64,000 bases of DNA from positions 1,856,001 to 1,920,000 of the forward strand of contig CBDCJO010000002.1 in assembly GCA_965217865.1 (NCBI GenBank). The letters run 5' to 3'. Position 1 is the first letter of the stretch; every line of letters begins with the position of its first letter. The notes beneath the pieces were generated by a model, which had not been told where the DNA came from, ran no database searches, and saw only the letters and a program-made list of their open reading frames with translations. The stretch comes from Candidatus Latescibacterota bacterium (GTDB lineage Bacteria; Latescibacterota; UBA2968; SICM01). This document shows, in pieces, positions 1 to 10,878 of this stretch. The translations under genes were made by a program, and so were the position numbers.

Positions 1-1575
1 GAGGGATTCTTCCGACAGGCCGACCGCGAGGAAAGTCTGATCCAGCTCCTGCGTGTCAACGCGCTAAAACGCATGGAAAGTTCGGTGACCTCCTTCGCGC
101 TTACGGTACGGCGCCAACGCGACGATGTGGAGGCGACTCTCGCGCGCATCGAGGAGCAGGCCGACGAACTGGAAGAGCTCGACATCGCCGATGTCGACAT
201 CGAAGACCCTGCCTTCGAGAGCCTGTTGGTCGGCCGAAAGGTCAAAGTCCTGCTCCAGGACGTCGACCTGATCCGCTGGAGACAGGACCTGATTGAAGAT
301 CGCAATCGCTTGGCCACGCTCCACGCGGCGGCTTGCGAAGTCAGCGCGACGCGTGACGCCAAGCTCGCCGAGCTGCGCGCGGTCATCGAGCGGAAGTGTC
401 ACGCCCCCATCAACCCCGAGAACCGGAAGGTGATCGTCTTCACGGCGTTTGCGGATACCGCCCGTTACCTCTACGACGAGCTCGCGCCGTGGGCTCACGG
501 CACGCTGGGGCTGGAGTCCGCCCTCGTGACCGGGACGGGGGGAAATCAGACGACCCTGCCGCATCTCCGAAAGGACCTTGCGTCCATCCTGACTACCTTC
601 GCGCCACGGACCAAGGAACGACCCGACGACCTCGCCGAGGAAGGCGAGATCGATCTCCTGATCGCCACAGACTGTATCTCGGAAGGTCAGAACCTCCAGG
701 ATTGCGACTGGCTCATCAACTACGACATCCACTGGAACCCCGTGCGCATTATCCAGCGCTTCGGTCGCATCGACCGGATCGGCGCGCCCACTGAGTGCAT
801 CCAACTCGTGAACTTCTGGCCCAATCTGGAGCTCGAGGAGTATCTGCGCCTGGAGCAACGAGTGAGCGGCCGCATGGTGCTCCTCGACATCTCGGCGACG
901 GGTGAGGAGAACCTGATCGAGCAGCAGTCGGGCGATCCGATGAACGATCTGGAGTACCGTCGCAAGCAACTCCTCAAGTTGCAGGACGCGGTTATCGACC
1001 TGGAAGACCTATCGTCCGGCGTCTCCATCGCCGACCTAACGCTGACGGATTTCCGGATCGATCTGGCCGACTACCTGAGAGAGCATCCGGATGCCCTGGC
1101 AGCCTTGCCGTTCGGTGTGTATGCGGTGACCACAACGGCCGACGCCGAGATCCCGCCTGGCATGATTTTTTGCCTGCGAGCGGAGGGACCGGCGGCGACT
1201 CGGCCGTTTGAGACCGGCTATCCCCTCGCGCCGCATTACCTGGTCCACGTTGGTGAGGATGGCACCGTGCTCTTACCGTTCACCCAGGCCAAGCAGGTCT
1301 TGGACCGACTCAAACAGCTCTGTCTAGGCCGCGACATGCCGGACGCCGGCGCCTGCGCCCGCTTTGACAAAGCCACCCGAGGGGACCAGGAAATGGGCGC
1401 TGCGCAACGCCTCTTGGCCGCTGCGGTCGCCTCCATCGTGGGAAGGAGCAAGGAGCGCGCGGTCGCCAGCCTCTTTTCGCCCGGAGGGACGCATACGATG
1501 GCGAGCGAATTTGCGGGCATCAACGACTTCGAGGTGGTTGGGTTCCTCGTCGTCTTGGCGGCGGAGCCGGCATGA
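1..1575 (+). CDS. SNF2/DEAD-family helicase, C-terminal part (5' end outside window), associated with Type III RM
   Basis: Frame is open from base 1 (EGFFRQADREES...). Helicase C motifs VIVFTAFADTA, LIATDCISEGQNLQ, NYDIHWNPVRIIQRFGRIDRIG. Stop overlaps the next start (ATGA). Confidence 0.85.
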   Translation, partial: EGFFRQADREESLIQLLRVNALKRMESSVTSFALTVRRQRDDVEATLARIEEQADELEELDIADVDIEDPAFESLLVGRKVKVLLQDVDLIRWRQDLIEDRNRLATLHAAACEVSATRDAKLAELRAVIERKCHAPINPENRKVIVFTAFADTARYLYDELAPWAHGTLGLESALVTGTGGNQTTLPHLRKDLASILTTFAPRTKERPDDLAEEGEIDLLIATDCISEGQNLQDCDWLINYDIHWNPVRIIQRFGRIDRIGAPTECIQLVNFWPNLELEEYLRLEQRVSGRMVLLDISATGEENLIEQQSGDPMNDLEYRRKQLLKLQDAVIDLEDLSSGVSIADLTLTDFRIDLADYLREHPDALAALPFGVYAVTTTADAEIPPGMIFCLRAEGPAATRPFETGYPLAPHYLVHVGEDGTVLLPFTQAKQVLDRLKQLCLGRDMPDAGACARFDKATRGDQEMGAAQRLLAAAVASIVGRSKERAVASLFSPGGTHTMASEFAGINDFEVVGFLVVLAAEPA

Positions 1576-2348
1576 AGCCACTCGATCCCATTGCGGCTCT
1601 CGCGCTCCCCGACCGCGCCCTTGTCGACCGGCGCGTACCGAAGACGCTGCTGATCGAGAACGGCGCGCCCACGGCGGCCGACAAGCGGCGCATCCGGGAG
1701 GGTGTCGAGGAGGTCAAGTGGCTGGCCGCACTGAAACCCACGACCATCGGGGTGGCTGAATATCGCGACTCGGACCGTGAGTATCTCGAAATCGCTGTAC
1801 TGAAGCTCACACTTCGCACTGGGGCACGCGCCGAGCGGCTCACCGAGCTGGTGCATCGTGCCGTGCCCTATCCGGTGCTGCTCATCGCATGGCAAGGAGA
1901 CGCCCCCGAGCTTTCGCTGGTCCACAAGCGCTGGTCGCAAGGCGAAGCGGGAAAAACCGTGCTCGACGGCGATGTCGTCACGGCCCGGCTTGGGAATGTT
2001 TCCGCCGATGAGTTGACCACCGCATTCGGCGACGCCCTTGCTATAAGTCGACAGCCTCGCACGACGCTCCACGCGCTCTACCAAGGCTGGATCGATACGG
2101 TACAGGCGCTGCGCGCCGCCAAGGTGACGGGTGACTTTTCGATCCCCACTTCGACTGTGGAGGCGGCAGACCGTGCGGCGGCCCTACAGGAATACCGGCG
2201 TCTGGAATCCAGAATCGCCGAGCTGAGTGCTGCGGCTGGCAAGGAGAAGCAAATCGCCCGTCAGGTAGATATGAATCTGACACTCAAGCGCCTGCGGACC
2301 GACCGCAATGTCGTACGCGCCCGACTGCGAACTCAGGAGACCGTGTGA
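1572..2348 (+). CDS. DUF4391-domain protein
   Basis: RVPKTLL...EIAVL...LVHRAVPYPVLL...EKQIARQVDMN pattern; typical position between the SNF2 helicase and Type III Mod. Confidence 0.75.
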   Translation: MKPLDPIAALALPDRALVDRRVPKTLLIENGAPTAADKRRIREGVEEVKWLAALKPTTIGVAEYRDSDREYLEIAVLKLTLRTGARAERLTELVHRAVPYPVLLIAWQGDAPELSLVHKRWSQGEAGKTVLDGDVVTARLGNVSADELTTAFGDALAISRQPRTTLHALYQGWIDTVQALRAAKVTGDFSIPTSTVEAADRAAALQEYRRLESRIAELSAAAGKEKQIARQVDMNLTLKRLRTDRNVVRARLRTQETV

Positions 2349-4252
2349 AGAAGATCATTGCCAACGACCCAGAGACGCGCTCGGCTAACGTTGTCGCCGA
2401 GAACCTTCAACATCTGCAAACGCTGTTTCCCGAAGCGTTCACGGAGGGAAAAGTCGACTTTGAGGTGCTCAAGCAGCTTCTGGGCGGCGAGGTGAATGAG
2501 CGCGAAGAAAATTACGGCCTCAACTGGCACGGCAAGCGCCAAGCCCGACAGCTCGCGCTGACAACTTCAACCGGCACACTGCGCCCGTGCCCAGAGGAAA
2601 GCGTCGAATGGGACACAACTCAGAACTTGATGATTGAGGGCGATAACCTGGAGGTGCTCAAGCTCCTGCAAAAGAGCTACGCGGGTAAGGTCAAGCTGAT
2701 CTATATCGACCCGCCGTACAACACAGGAAAAGACTTCATCTACCCGGATAACTACCGAGACAACATTCAGAACTACCTGGATTTGACAGGCCAGAGTGAC
2801 GGCGAGAACCGGAAGTTATCGTCGAATACAGAAGCATCCGGCCGATTCCATACCGATTGGCTGAACATGATGTATCCGCGTTTAAAGTTGGCACGCAACC
2901 TGCTCCGCGACGATGGTTCCATCTTTGTGAGCATTGACGACGCCGAACTTGGAACCCTGCAGACAACTTTGTCTGAGGTGTTCGGAGAGGAGAATTTCCA
3001 AGCGAACATTAGCTGGCAGAAACGATACACGCGGAGTAACAACACTGTAGATTTCACCACTGTCGTGGAGCATCTCTTGGTTTACTCGAAGAGCGAGCAA
3101 TTCTCCGTGAATTTATTAGCACGCACGCCCGAGGCAGATGCTCGATATTCGAATCCGGACAACGACCCAAGGGGCCGATGGAAGGGAGCGTCTTTTCTTA
3201 ATCCTGCCACGCCACAACAACGCCGACATCTCTGTTACCCGATTAGGAATCCCAACACCGGAGAGGTCACAAACCCGACCACGAATGCTTGGAGAAGGTC
3301 GAGTGAAGAATTTGATCGACTACAGAGCGAAGGGCGGCTCTATTGGGGAGCGGCTGGGAGTCAACCAGTTCCAGCCATCAAGATGTTTCTTTCGGAAGCA
3401 CGCGACATCACTCCCATAAATTTCTGGGAGCATAACTATGCGGGCAATACCGATGATGGAACGCGCGACTTAAGGAGCCTTCTGGGTGAGAAAGTCTTCG
3501 ACAATCCCAAGCCGATCAAACTGATAGAACGAATACTCGAGCATAGTACGGACTCCGATTCCATCATTCTTGATTTTTTTGCGGGGTCCGGCACCACAGG
3601 TCACGCCGTAGCATTGCGTAACACCGCTGGCGGTAGTGATTGCCGCTGTATTCTCGTCCAGCTTCCCGAACCAGTACATCCTGACAATAAGGATCAGAAA
3701 GCCGCGACAGATTTCCTAGGGAAGCTCGGGAAACCACTCAACCTCGCAGAACTCACGAAGGAACGCCTTCGTCGCGCTGCCGAGAAGGTTAAGGACGAAC
3801 AACCGATGTTCTCCGGCGATCTCGGCTTCCGTGTCTTCAAGCTCGACACTTCCAATATTCGTGCCTGGGAGCCGGACCGCGAAGACTTGGATGGGACGCT
3901 GCTCGGAAGCATCGACCACATCAAGCCGGATCGCGGCGAGGAAGACATTCTCTACGAACTACTGCTGAAGCTCGGGCTCGACCTTTGTGTGCCCACAGAG
4001 GTTCGGACTATTGCGGGCAAGTCCGTCCGCTCCATCGGCGCTGGAACACTGATCACCTGCCTCGACGAGAGGATCGATAGAGACGATGTCGAGCCGCTAG
4101 CCCTCGGAATTGCCGAGTGGCATGACGAGCTTGCGCCTGCTGGAGACAGCACGGTGGTCTTCCGCGACAGTGCCTTTGTAGATGATGTCGCCAAGACCAA
4201 CCTCTCGGCCATCTTAGAGCAGCGTGGGCTGGGGAACGTCCGGAGCCTGTGA
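2345..4252 (+). CDS. mod: Type III restriction-modification methyltransferase (Mod)
   Basis: IEGDNLEVLKLL, catalytic IYIDPPYNTG, HTDWLNMMYPRL and SAM-binding LDFFAGSGTTG motifs. Confidence 0.93.
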   Translation: MKKIIANDPETRSANVVAENLQHLQTLFPEAFTEGKVDFEVLKQLLGGEVNEREENYGLNWHGKRQARQLALTTSTGTLRPCPEESVEWDTTQNLMIEGDNLEVLKLLQKSYAGKVKLIYIDPPYNTGKDFIYPDNYRDNIQNYLDLTGQSDGENRKLSSNTEASGRFHTDWLNMMYPRLKLARNLLRDDGSIFVSIDDAELGTLQTTLSEVFGEENFQANISWQKRYTRSNNTVDFTTVVEHLLVYSKSEQFSVNLLARTPEADARYSNPDNDPRGRWKGASFLNPATPQQRRHLCYPIRNPNTGEVTNPTTNAWRRSSEEFDRLQSEGRLYWGAAGSQPVPAIKMFLSEARDITPINFWEHNYAGNTDDGTRDLRSLLGEKVFDNPKPIKLIERILEHSTDSDSIILDFFAGSGTTGHAVALRNTAGGSDCRCILVQLPEPVHPDNKDQKAATDFLGKLGKPLNLAELTKERLRRAAEKVKDEQPMFSGDLGFRVFKLDTSNIRAWEPDREDLDGTLLGSIDHIKPDRGEEDILYELLLKLGLDLCVPTEVRTIAGKSVRSIGAGTLITCLDERIDRDDVEPLALGIAEWHDELAPAGDSTVVFRDSAFVDDVAKTNLSAILEQRGLGNVRSL

Positions 4253-4259
4253 GGCCGCA

Positions 4260-7238
4260 ATGAAACTCCACTTTGAACCCGACCTCGATTTCCAACTCCA
4301 GGCGATTGAGGCCGTATGCGACCTGTTCCACGGCCAGGAGATCTGTCGGACCGAATTCACCGTCACGACAGATCCCACGCAGCCGCAAGCGCGGCTCGCC
4401 TTTTACGAAAACGACCTCGGCATCGGAAACCGGCTGACCTTGCTCGACGAAGAGATCTTCGAAAACCTGAAGGACATTCAGCTGCGCAACGGTGTCGCGC
4501 CGTCTGATTGCCTGGACTCGGGTGACTTCACGGTGGAGATGGAGACCGGAACCGGCAAGACTTATGTCTACCTGCGCACGATCTTTGAACTGAATAAACG
4601 CTACGGCTTTGCCAAGTTCGTCATCGTGGTTCCGTCCATCGCGATCAAGGAAGGCGTCTACAAATCGCTCGAGATCACCGAGGAGCACTTTCGAGCACTC
4701 TATTCTGGCACACCTTTTGACTACTTCATCTACGATTCGTCGAAGCTTGGCCAGGTTCGGAATTTCGCTACCAGTCCGCAGATCCAAGTCATGGTGGTGA
4801 CGGTCGGGGCCATCAACAAGAAGGATGTTAACAACCTCTACAAGGACAGCGAGAAGACGGGCGGCGAGAAGCCGATCGATCTCATTAAGGCTACACGGCC
4901 TATCCTGATCGTCGACGAGCCGCAGAGCGTGGACGGCGGCCTGGCCGGGCGTGGCAGGGAAGCTCTGGGAAAGATGAACCCCCTTTGCACCTTGCGCTAC
5001 TCGGCAACGCACGCGGACAAGCATCACATGGTCTATCGGCTCGACGCTGTCGATGCCTATGAGCGCAAGCTCGTGAAGCAGATCGAGGTGGCGTCGGCCA
5101 CGGTCGAGGACGCGCACAACAGACCCTACGTCCACCTCGTGTCCACGAGCAATCGGCGTGGGACGATCAGCGCCAAGGTCGAGCTTGACGTCCAGGTGGC
5201 TGGACGAGTTCGCCGCCAGGTAAAGGTCGTTCAGGATGGCGACGATCTCGAACAGACGGCGGGCCGCGCTGTTTATGGTGACTGTCGCATTGGCGAGATT
5301 CGGGTCGAGAAGGGCAACGAGTTTATGGAGGTCCGCGTACCCGGCGGTGAGCAATATCTCCGGCCGGGACAAGCGTGGGGCGACGTCGATGCTCTCTCTG
5401 TTCAGCGCGAAATGATCCGCCGGACCATTCGAGAGCATCTAGACAAAGAGAAGCACCTTCGCCCGCAGGGGATCAAAGTGCTCAGTCTCTTCTTCATAGA
5501 TGCCGTGGATCGGTACCGCCGGTACGACGACGAAGGCGATGCCGTCAAGGGAGACTACGCCCTAATGTTCGAGGAGGAGTACCGGCGTCTGGCTAGCCAT
5601 CCAGACTACCACACACTCTTCGAGGAGGTTGATCTCACCACCGCCACCGAAGAGGTCCACAACGGCTACTTCTCCATCGACAGGAAGGGCGGCTGGACGG
5701 ACACCGCCGAGAACAATCAGCCCAACCGCGACAACGCGGAGCGCGCCTACAACCTGATCATGAGGGAGAAGGAGAAACTCTTGAGCCTCGAGACACCGCT
5801 CAAGTTCATTTTCTCCCATTCCGCACTGCGCGAGGGTTGGGACAACCCCAACGTCTTCCAGATCTGCGCGCTCCGTGACATCCGGACCGAGCGAGAGCGG
5901 AGGCAGACGATTGGGCGCGGGTTGCGCCTATGCGTCAACCAGGAAGGCGAGCGCCTGCGTGGCTTCGACGTCAATACGCTCACCGTCGTTGCGATGGAGA
6001 GTTACGAAGAGTTCGCCGAGAAGCTGCAGTCGGAAATTGAGAAGGACACGGGAATCCGCTTCGGCGTCGTAGAGGCGCATCAGTTTGCGGCAATTCCTGT
6101 CGCCGGTGACGACGGACAGACGACGGCTCTCGGTTTCGAGGCGTCCAAGGTCCTATGGAATCACCTCAAGGCAGAAGGCTATATCGACACGAGGGGCCGG
6201 ATACAGGATTCGCTCCGAAAAGCACTCAGGGAAGAGACGTTCATCGTTCCGGAGGATTTCACGGAACAGCACGCGGAGATCGCCAAGGTGCTGCGGAAGC
6301 TCGCCGGGCGCCTGCAGATCAAGGACGCCGACGAGCGTCGCTCGGTACGCCCGCGCCAGGCCGTGCTCCACAGCGCCGAATTCAAGGCGCTCTGGGATCG
6401 TATCAAGCACAAGACCACCTACCGCGTGGCGTTCGACAATGAAAACCTGCTCGCGCAATGCACCCAAGCGCTCCGGCAAGCACCGGCGATCCCTAGGACA
6501 CGACTCCAGTGGCGTAAGGCCGATATCGCCATCGGTCAGTCCGGCGTAGAAGCGACCGAGACAGCCGGAGCGGCGACCGTGGTGTTGGAGGAGGCTGACA
6601 TTGAACTGCCGGACGTGCTGACGGAGCTCCAGGATCGGACGCAGCTCACGCGACGAAGCATCCAGCGAATTCTCAGCGGGAGTCGGCGCCTCGACGACTT
6701 CAAGCGCAATCCACAGCAGTTCGTCGAGCTTGCCGAGCAGGCCATCAACCGCTGCAAGCGGCAGGCTTTGGTCGACGGCATCAGGTACCAGCGCTTGGGA
6801 GACGAACACTATTTCGCACAGGAACTCTTCGAGAAGGAAGAGTTGACCGGCTATCTGAAGAGCATGCTCGACACGAGCAAGTCAGTTTATGAACAGGTCG
6901 TCTACGAATCTGGCATCGAGGCCAGTTTTGCGGACGAGCTTGAGAAGAATACCGCCGTCAAGGTCTACGCGAAGCTTCCAGGATGGTTCGCGGTCCCGAC
7001 GCCGCTCGGCAGCTACAACCCGGACTGGGCTGTCTTGATCGATTCGGATGAAGGGGAACGGCTCTACTTCGTGGTCGAAACGAAGGGCAGTCCTTTCCTC
7101 GGCGATCTTCGCATCACCGAAAGCGCCAAAATAGAATGTGGAAAGGCACATTTCAACGCACTCAAAGTGGGAGAGTCACCGGCTCGATACGAGGTGGCAA
7201 CCAGTGTCGATAGTCTACTCGCGGCCGTTAGGAGTTGA
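4260..7238 (+). CDS. res: Type III restriction endonuclease (Res)
   Basis: METGTGKT Walker A, IVDEPQ, LRYSAT, EGWDNPNV, QTIGRGLR and C-terminal YNPDWA...VETKG nuclease motif. ATG at 4260 preferred over 4224. Confidence 0.93.
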   Translation: MKLHFEPDLDFQLQAIEAVCDLFHGQEICRTEFTVTTDPTQPQARLAFYENDLGIGNRLTLLDEEIFENLKDIQLRNGVAPSDCLDSGDFTVEMETGTGKTYVYLRTIFELNKRYGFAKFVIVVPSIAIKEGVYKSLEITEEHFRALYSGTPFDYFIYDSSKLGQVRNFATSPQIQVMVVTVGAINKKDVNNLYKDSEKTGGEKPIDLIKATRPILIVDEPQSVDGGLAGRGREALGKMNPLCTLRYSATHADKHHMVYRLDAVDAYERKLVKQIEVASATVEDAHNRPYVHLVSTSNRRGTISAKVELDVQVAGRVRRQVKVVQDGDDLEQTAGRAVYGDCRIGEIRVEKGNEFMEVRVPGGEQYLRPGQAWGDVDALSVQREMIRRTIREHLDKEKHLRPQGIKVLSLFFIDAVDRYRRYDDEGDAVKGDYALMFEEEYRRLASHPDYHTLFEEVDLTTATEEVHNGYFSIDRKGGWTDTAENNQPNRDNAERAYNLIMREKEKLLSLETPLKFIFSHSALREGWDNPNVFQICALRDIRTERERRQTIGRGLRLCVNQEGERLRGFDVNTLTVVAMESYEEFAEKLQSEIEKDTGIRFGVVEAHQFAAIPVAGDDGQTTALGFEASKVLWNHLKAEGYIDTRGRIQDSLRKALREETFIVPEDFTEQHAEIAKVLRKLAGRLQIKDADERRSVRPRQAVLHSAEFKALWDRIKHKTTYRVAFDNENLLAQCTQALRQAPAIPRTRLQWRKADIAIGQSGVEATETAGAATVVLEEADIELPDVLTELQDRTQLTRRSIQRILSGSRRLDDFKRNPQQFVELAEQAINRCKRQALVDGIRYQRLGDEHYFAQELFEKEELTGYLKSMLDTSKSVYEQVVYESGIEASFADELEKNTAVKVYAKLPGWFAVPTPLGSYNPDWAVLIDSDEGERLYFVVETKGSPFLGDLRITESAKIECGKAHFNALKVGESPARYEVATSVDSLLAAVRS

Positions 7239-7242
7239 GATT

Positions 7243-8298
7243 GTGTCCGGTGAATCTCTAATCGACGGCACTGATACGAGACTAAATTCGGCGGCTAGTT
7301 CCTCTGATGAGCCGGCGTTTAGGGTGCAGAGTCTCTCATTTTCCGACGGCACGACGGTTTCTATTGATCCCTCTGATGTTGTCGTGTTAGTCGGGCCAAA
7401 CAACGCGGGCAAAAGCCGGGCACTCCATGACATCGAAGATCACGCCTCAAAGTCATCAACAGGTGTCGTTGTTAAGGAGGTTACGTTCACGTACTCGGGT
7501 ACTGTTGATGAACTGATCTCCTATGTCAAGAAGCACTCTACATTGGACGAATCCGGCCGCGACCCCGTCTATAAGGGCTACCGATTTGCAGTGCGATCTG
7601 TGCTGCTGTCGCAACTATGGAACCGCCCACTGAGGGAGCTAACTCCCCTTTTCTGCATGCGAATTCCAACCGAGAAACGCATTACGGATAGTGATCCTGT
7701 TCAAGCGGTGGCCTTTCTTGATGAGCCCGGATCTCATCCGATCCACATGCTGTACAAGAACGACGCACTTGAGCGCCGGATTAGTGAGTTTTTCTACCGT
7801 GCGTTTGGTGAACACCTGATTGTTTTTCGCCTGGGTGGCAGCACGATCCCGCTCTTGGTCGGAGAGTACTTTGGGCCCGAAGACGGTGAAGACCGAGTCT
7901 CCGAGTCCTACAACGTGCGGTTGCGGGAATCCACCACACCGTTAAAAGAACAAGGCGATGGCATGCGTAGCTTTGCCAGTGTCGTACTACATCTCCTGAC
8001 TCCTATTACTTCATCTATTCTGCTCCTCGACGAGCCCGAAGCATATCTTCATCCACCACAGGCGCGATTGCTCGGGGAAATCATCGCGACTGAACGTCAG
8101 GACCTTACTCAACTATTTGTAGCGACACACAGCCCAGACGTGCTTCAGGGTTTGCTCAACGTTGTGAACGTAGACCATCTTCGCGTAATCCGCATCGAGC
8201 GAGATGGAGATGTGAACCACATCAAGGAGCTGAATAAAGATCAAGCAAGAGAGATTGGTAGTGATCCTCTGATGAAATACTCGTCTGTGTTGTCAGGC
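7243..8298 (+). pseudogene. OLD-family ABC-type ATPase, 5' half (truncated before the TOPRIM domain)
   Basis: GTG start after GGAG. Walker A GPNNAGKS, QGDGMRS signature, Walker B LLLDEPE, ATHSP. Identity with the second copy stops at 8298 and the frame runs into unrelated DNA. Confidence 0.75.
7401..8298 (+). repeat. 898-bp direct repeat, copy 1 (copy 2 at 14335-15232)
   Basis: Near-identical sequence at a constant offset of 6934 bp; at least six substitutions seen by eye. Confidence 0.92.
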
Positions 8299-8704
8299 CC
8301 GGGCGGAGGGAAAGCTGAGCGAGGTCCGGCAAGCGGCGTACGGGTACCTGGCGCTTTCGCTGAGCAAGATGTGCGATTACAACTCCCGCATGTGTGTTTG
8401 GCACGCTTATCGCGCCGTCATCGGACATACTTTTTCGCAACATGATTTCTCATTCAAATGGTCCTACGCCGAAATGGCGCCCCTCATCGTCGGACTCGGC
8501 TACGACTGGGCCATCGGGCAGATCGCCAAATACATCAAGGAACTCGTCGCGCTGGTTCGCCCCGAAGCGAATGGCGGCGCTGTCGGCATGTTCGACGATG
8601 CCGGCGCGGCCGAATACACGCCCCCACCGGTCACCATCACCTGCAAGCCGGGCGACAGCCTCGACCACATCGAGGACGGCAGCATCGACGTGATCGTCAT
8701 GGAT
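8299..8704 (+). pseudogene. Fragment of a DUF1156-type adenine DNA methyltransferase
   Basis: CDYNSRMCVWH...HTFSQHDFSFKWSYAEM...IEDGSIDVIVMD, breaking exactly where DPPY is expected; no native start or end. Confidence 0.6.
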
Positions 8705-8769
8705 GTCCGCAAAGCCGGCGGAATTCCCACCCGGCGATCTGAGAAGCCGCGTATGGTCTTTCGTCCGGC

Positions 8770-9660
8770 ATGCGCATGGCGCGGCTGTTTCAGTCGGTTG
8801 AACGCGCCTGCGGCGAAGCCGGGACGGAGGACGCGCAACGCCTCGTCAACCTGTCGCGTCTGAAGGTCAACAAGGTTCTCCGCGCGCTGCGCAACGACGC
8901 CGGCATCCCGCGCCGTCAGCTGGAAACGGCGGAGCGCCGGGCGGCGGTCAAGATCATGCGGGCGAACACGCCGCTTTGCAGGCTGGTCTCACGGCACACC
9001 CGCGAACTGCTGCGGCAGTACTTCAAGGCGGGCATGTTGACCACACCGATCGCCGACCGCCGGATCGAGGATCGCTTCCTCGAGATGACGGCCCAAGAGC
9101 GGGCGCTCTACGACGCGGTCGAGGATTACATCGCCAGCACCTACAACCAGGCCGGCGACACCGAGCGCACGGCGGTGGGATTCGTCATGACGATATACCG
9201 CCGTCGGCTCGCCAGCAGTTTCAGCGCCCTGCGCAAGACGCTTCAAAACCACCTCGACGCCATTTCCGCCGGCAACCCGGCGTTATTGACGGGTCTGGAC
9301 GAAGACGCGCCGGACGATGAAGCCGCGGACGAAATCCCGGATGCCGACGAGGTGGAAAAGCTGGAGCGCGCGGCCCTCGCCGTCGAAGAGGAGGCCGACA
9401 TCCAAAGCCTCCTTGGCCGCATCGGTCAACTGCCGCCGGACAGCAAGCTCGAAAGCCTGAAGAGCGCCCTCCACGAACTGCGCCAGGACGGCTACCGCCA
9501 GGCGATGGTCTTCACCCAGTACACCGACACCATGGATTTTCTGCGCGGAGAACTCCTGAAGGACGCCGGTTTGAAGTCGATGTGCTTCTCGGGACGCGGT
9601 GGAGAAATACCCTCCTCCGACGGCTCCTGGCGCCGGATCGGCCGCGACGTGGCACGCGAA
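8770..9660 (+). pseudogene. Internal fragment of an SNF2-family helicase
   Basis: SRHTRELLRQY, RRLASSFSAL, DSKLESL, AMVFTQYTDTMDFL. Lacks Walker A/DEAH and motif VI. Confidence 0.65.
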
Positions 9661-9682
9661 GGCAGTCTGACAGAGATGCATC

Positions 9683-9987
9683 ATGACGCCTGAACAGACG
9701 AAATCGCTGGCCCAGACAGGCGAATCCGAAACGCTGGGATTCAAAAGCACCACGGGAACGCGCCGCGAGGCGGTCCAAACGGTGTGTGCCATGCTCAATC
9801 AAAGCGGCGGGCAGGTGCTGTTCGGTGTCTCGCCGGGAGGAGATGTGGTCGGGCAACAGGTGAGCGAGAGAACGATTGAGGAGATAAGCGCCGAGGTCCA
9901 AAGGATTGACCCACCGGCCTTCCCGGAGATCGAGCGGATACACGTAGCTGGCGACCTTAAAGTCATGGAGGTTCGCGTGAGTCAGGG
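9683..9987 (+). pseudogene. 5' fragment of the AlbA_2 (Schlafen-like) regulator
   Basis: GESETLGFKST...CAMLNQSGGQVLFGV; homologous to 15992-16297, with homology ending at ~9987. Confidence 0.8.
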
Positions 9988-10080
9988 AACTACATCCTTC
10001 GGAACCCTTCGTAGCCCGAGCAATTTCCCATCGAACCTCGGGCGAGGGACGCGGAAGTTGCTCGCGTATGAGTAAGTAAG

Positions 10081-10878
10081 ATGACGAGTCTTCCAACCCT
10101 CGACTCTCGGGTTCACTACTCCGGCAGCGTTCAGTCCGTACATTGGGAAGGTCGCCTTGTAGAGGACGCTCTTGGCTTCCAGAGTTACATGCGCGCAGTT
10201 GTGCATCCGCGCGTCTCTGATGATGCGTCACCCTTCGCTTCCGAACTTCGCGGTCTTGCCACGACCGGGATGGAGACAAAGTTCGTTGAGCGCCTGTTGA
10301 ACACCGTGCCTAACCTGGAGGGCTGGGAAGTCGGTGAAGCCCTTGCAGAATGTGCACTCCGGGACGACTCAGCCCGACATGTGGTATGGCCTTGGAATAG
10401 CGTGCGGGATCGTCGAACTCCACGGGCGAGTCTCCCTGGTGCTGATCTCGTTGGCTTCTACTGTGAGGAAGAAAAAGTCGTTCTGCTGTTTGGAGAAGTG
10501 AAAACCTCCTCCGACGTCAGCACGCCGCCCAGCGTGATGAGTGGAGGGAGCGGAATGGCATGGCAACTTCAGGAAAGCGCCACACGTCTTGACATCCAGC
10601 ATGCCCTATTGAAATGGCTGCATGCGCGATGTCGATCCGAACCTTACCGTAATCTCTATCAGAAGGCAGTCAAGCGTTACCTCGCGTCAGAAGGAAAGGA
10701 GCTGCTGATTGTCGGGGTCTTGATTCGCGATACAGCGCCGAGCGAACTAGACCTGAAGGCCCGGGGGAACATGCTGGCGATTCGTCTGAATACATTGACC
10801 CGTGTTGAGCTAATTGCTTGGTACTTGCCCGTGCCAATCTCTGCCTGGCCGGCATTGCTTCAGGAGGCGGTCCAATGA
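10081..10878 (+). CDS. PD-(D/E)XK-type nuclease, HamA-like (Hachiman-like system)
   Basis: WEVGEALAE...PGADLVG...LFGEVKTS motif; translationally coupled (ATGA) to a Ski2-like helicase. Confidence 0.6.
   Translation: MTSLPTLDSRVHYSGSVQSVHWEGRLVEDALGFQSYMRAVVHPRVSDDASPFASELRGLATTGMETKFVERLLNTVPNLEGWEVGEALAECALRDDSARHVVWPWNSVRDRRTPRASLPGADLVGFYCEEEKVVLLFGEVKTSSDVSTPPSVMSGGSGMAWQLQESATRLDIQHALLKWLHARCRSEPYRNLYQKAVKRYLASEGKELLIVGVLIRDTAPSELDLKARGNMLAIRLNTLTRVELIAWYLPVPISAWPALLQEAVQ

Noticed and set aside
7138-8445. 435-aa ORF as a complete or novel fusion protein
   Set aside because: The N-terminal extension overlaps res, and the tail after 8298 is out-of-frame read-through into the methylase fragment.
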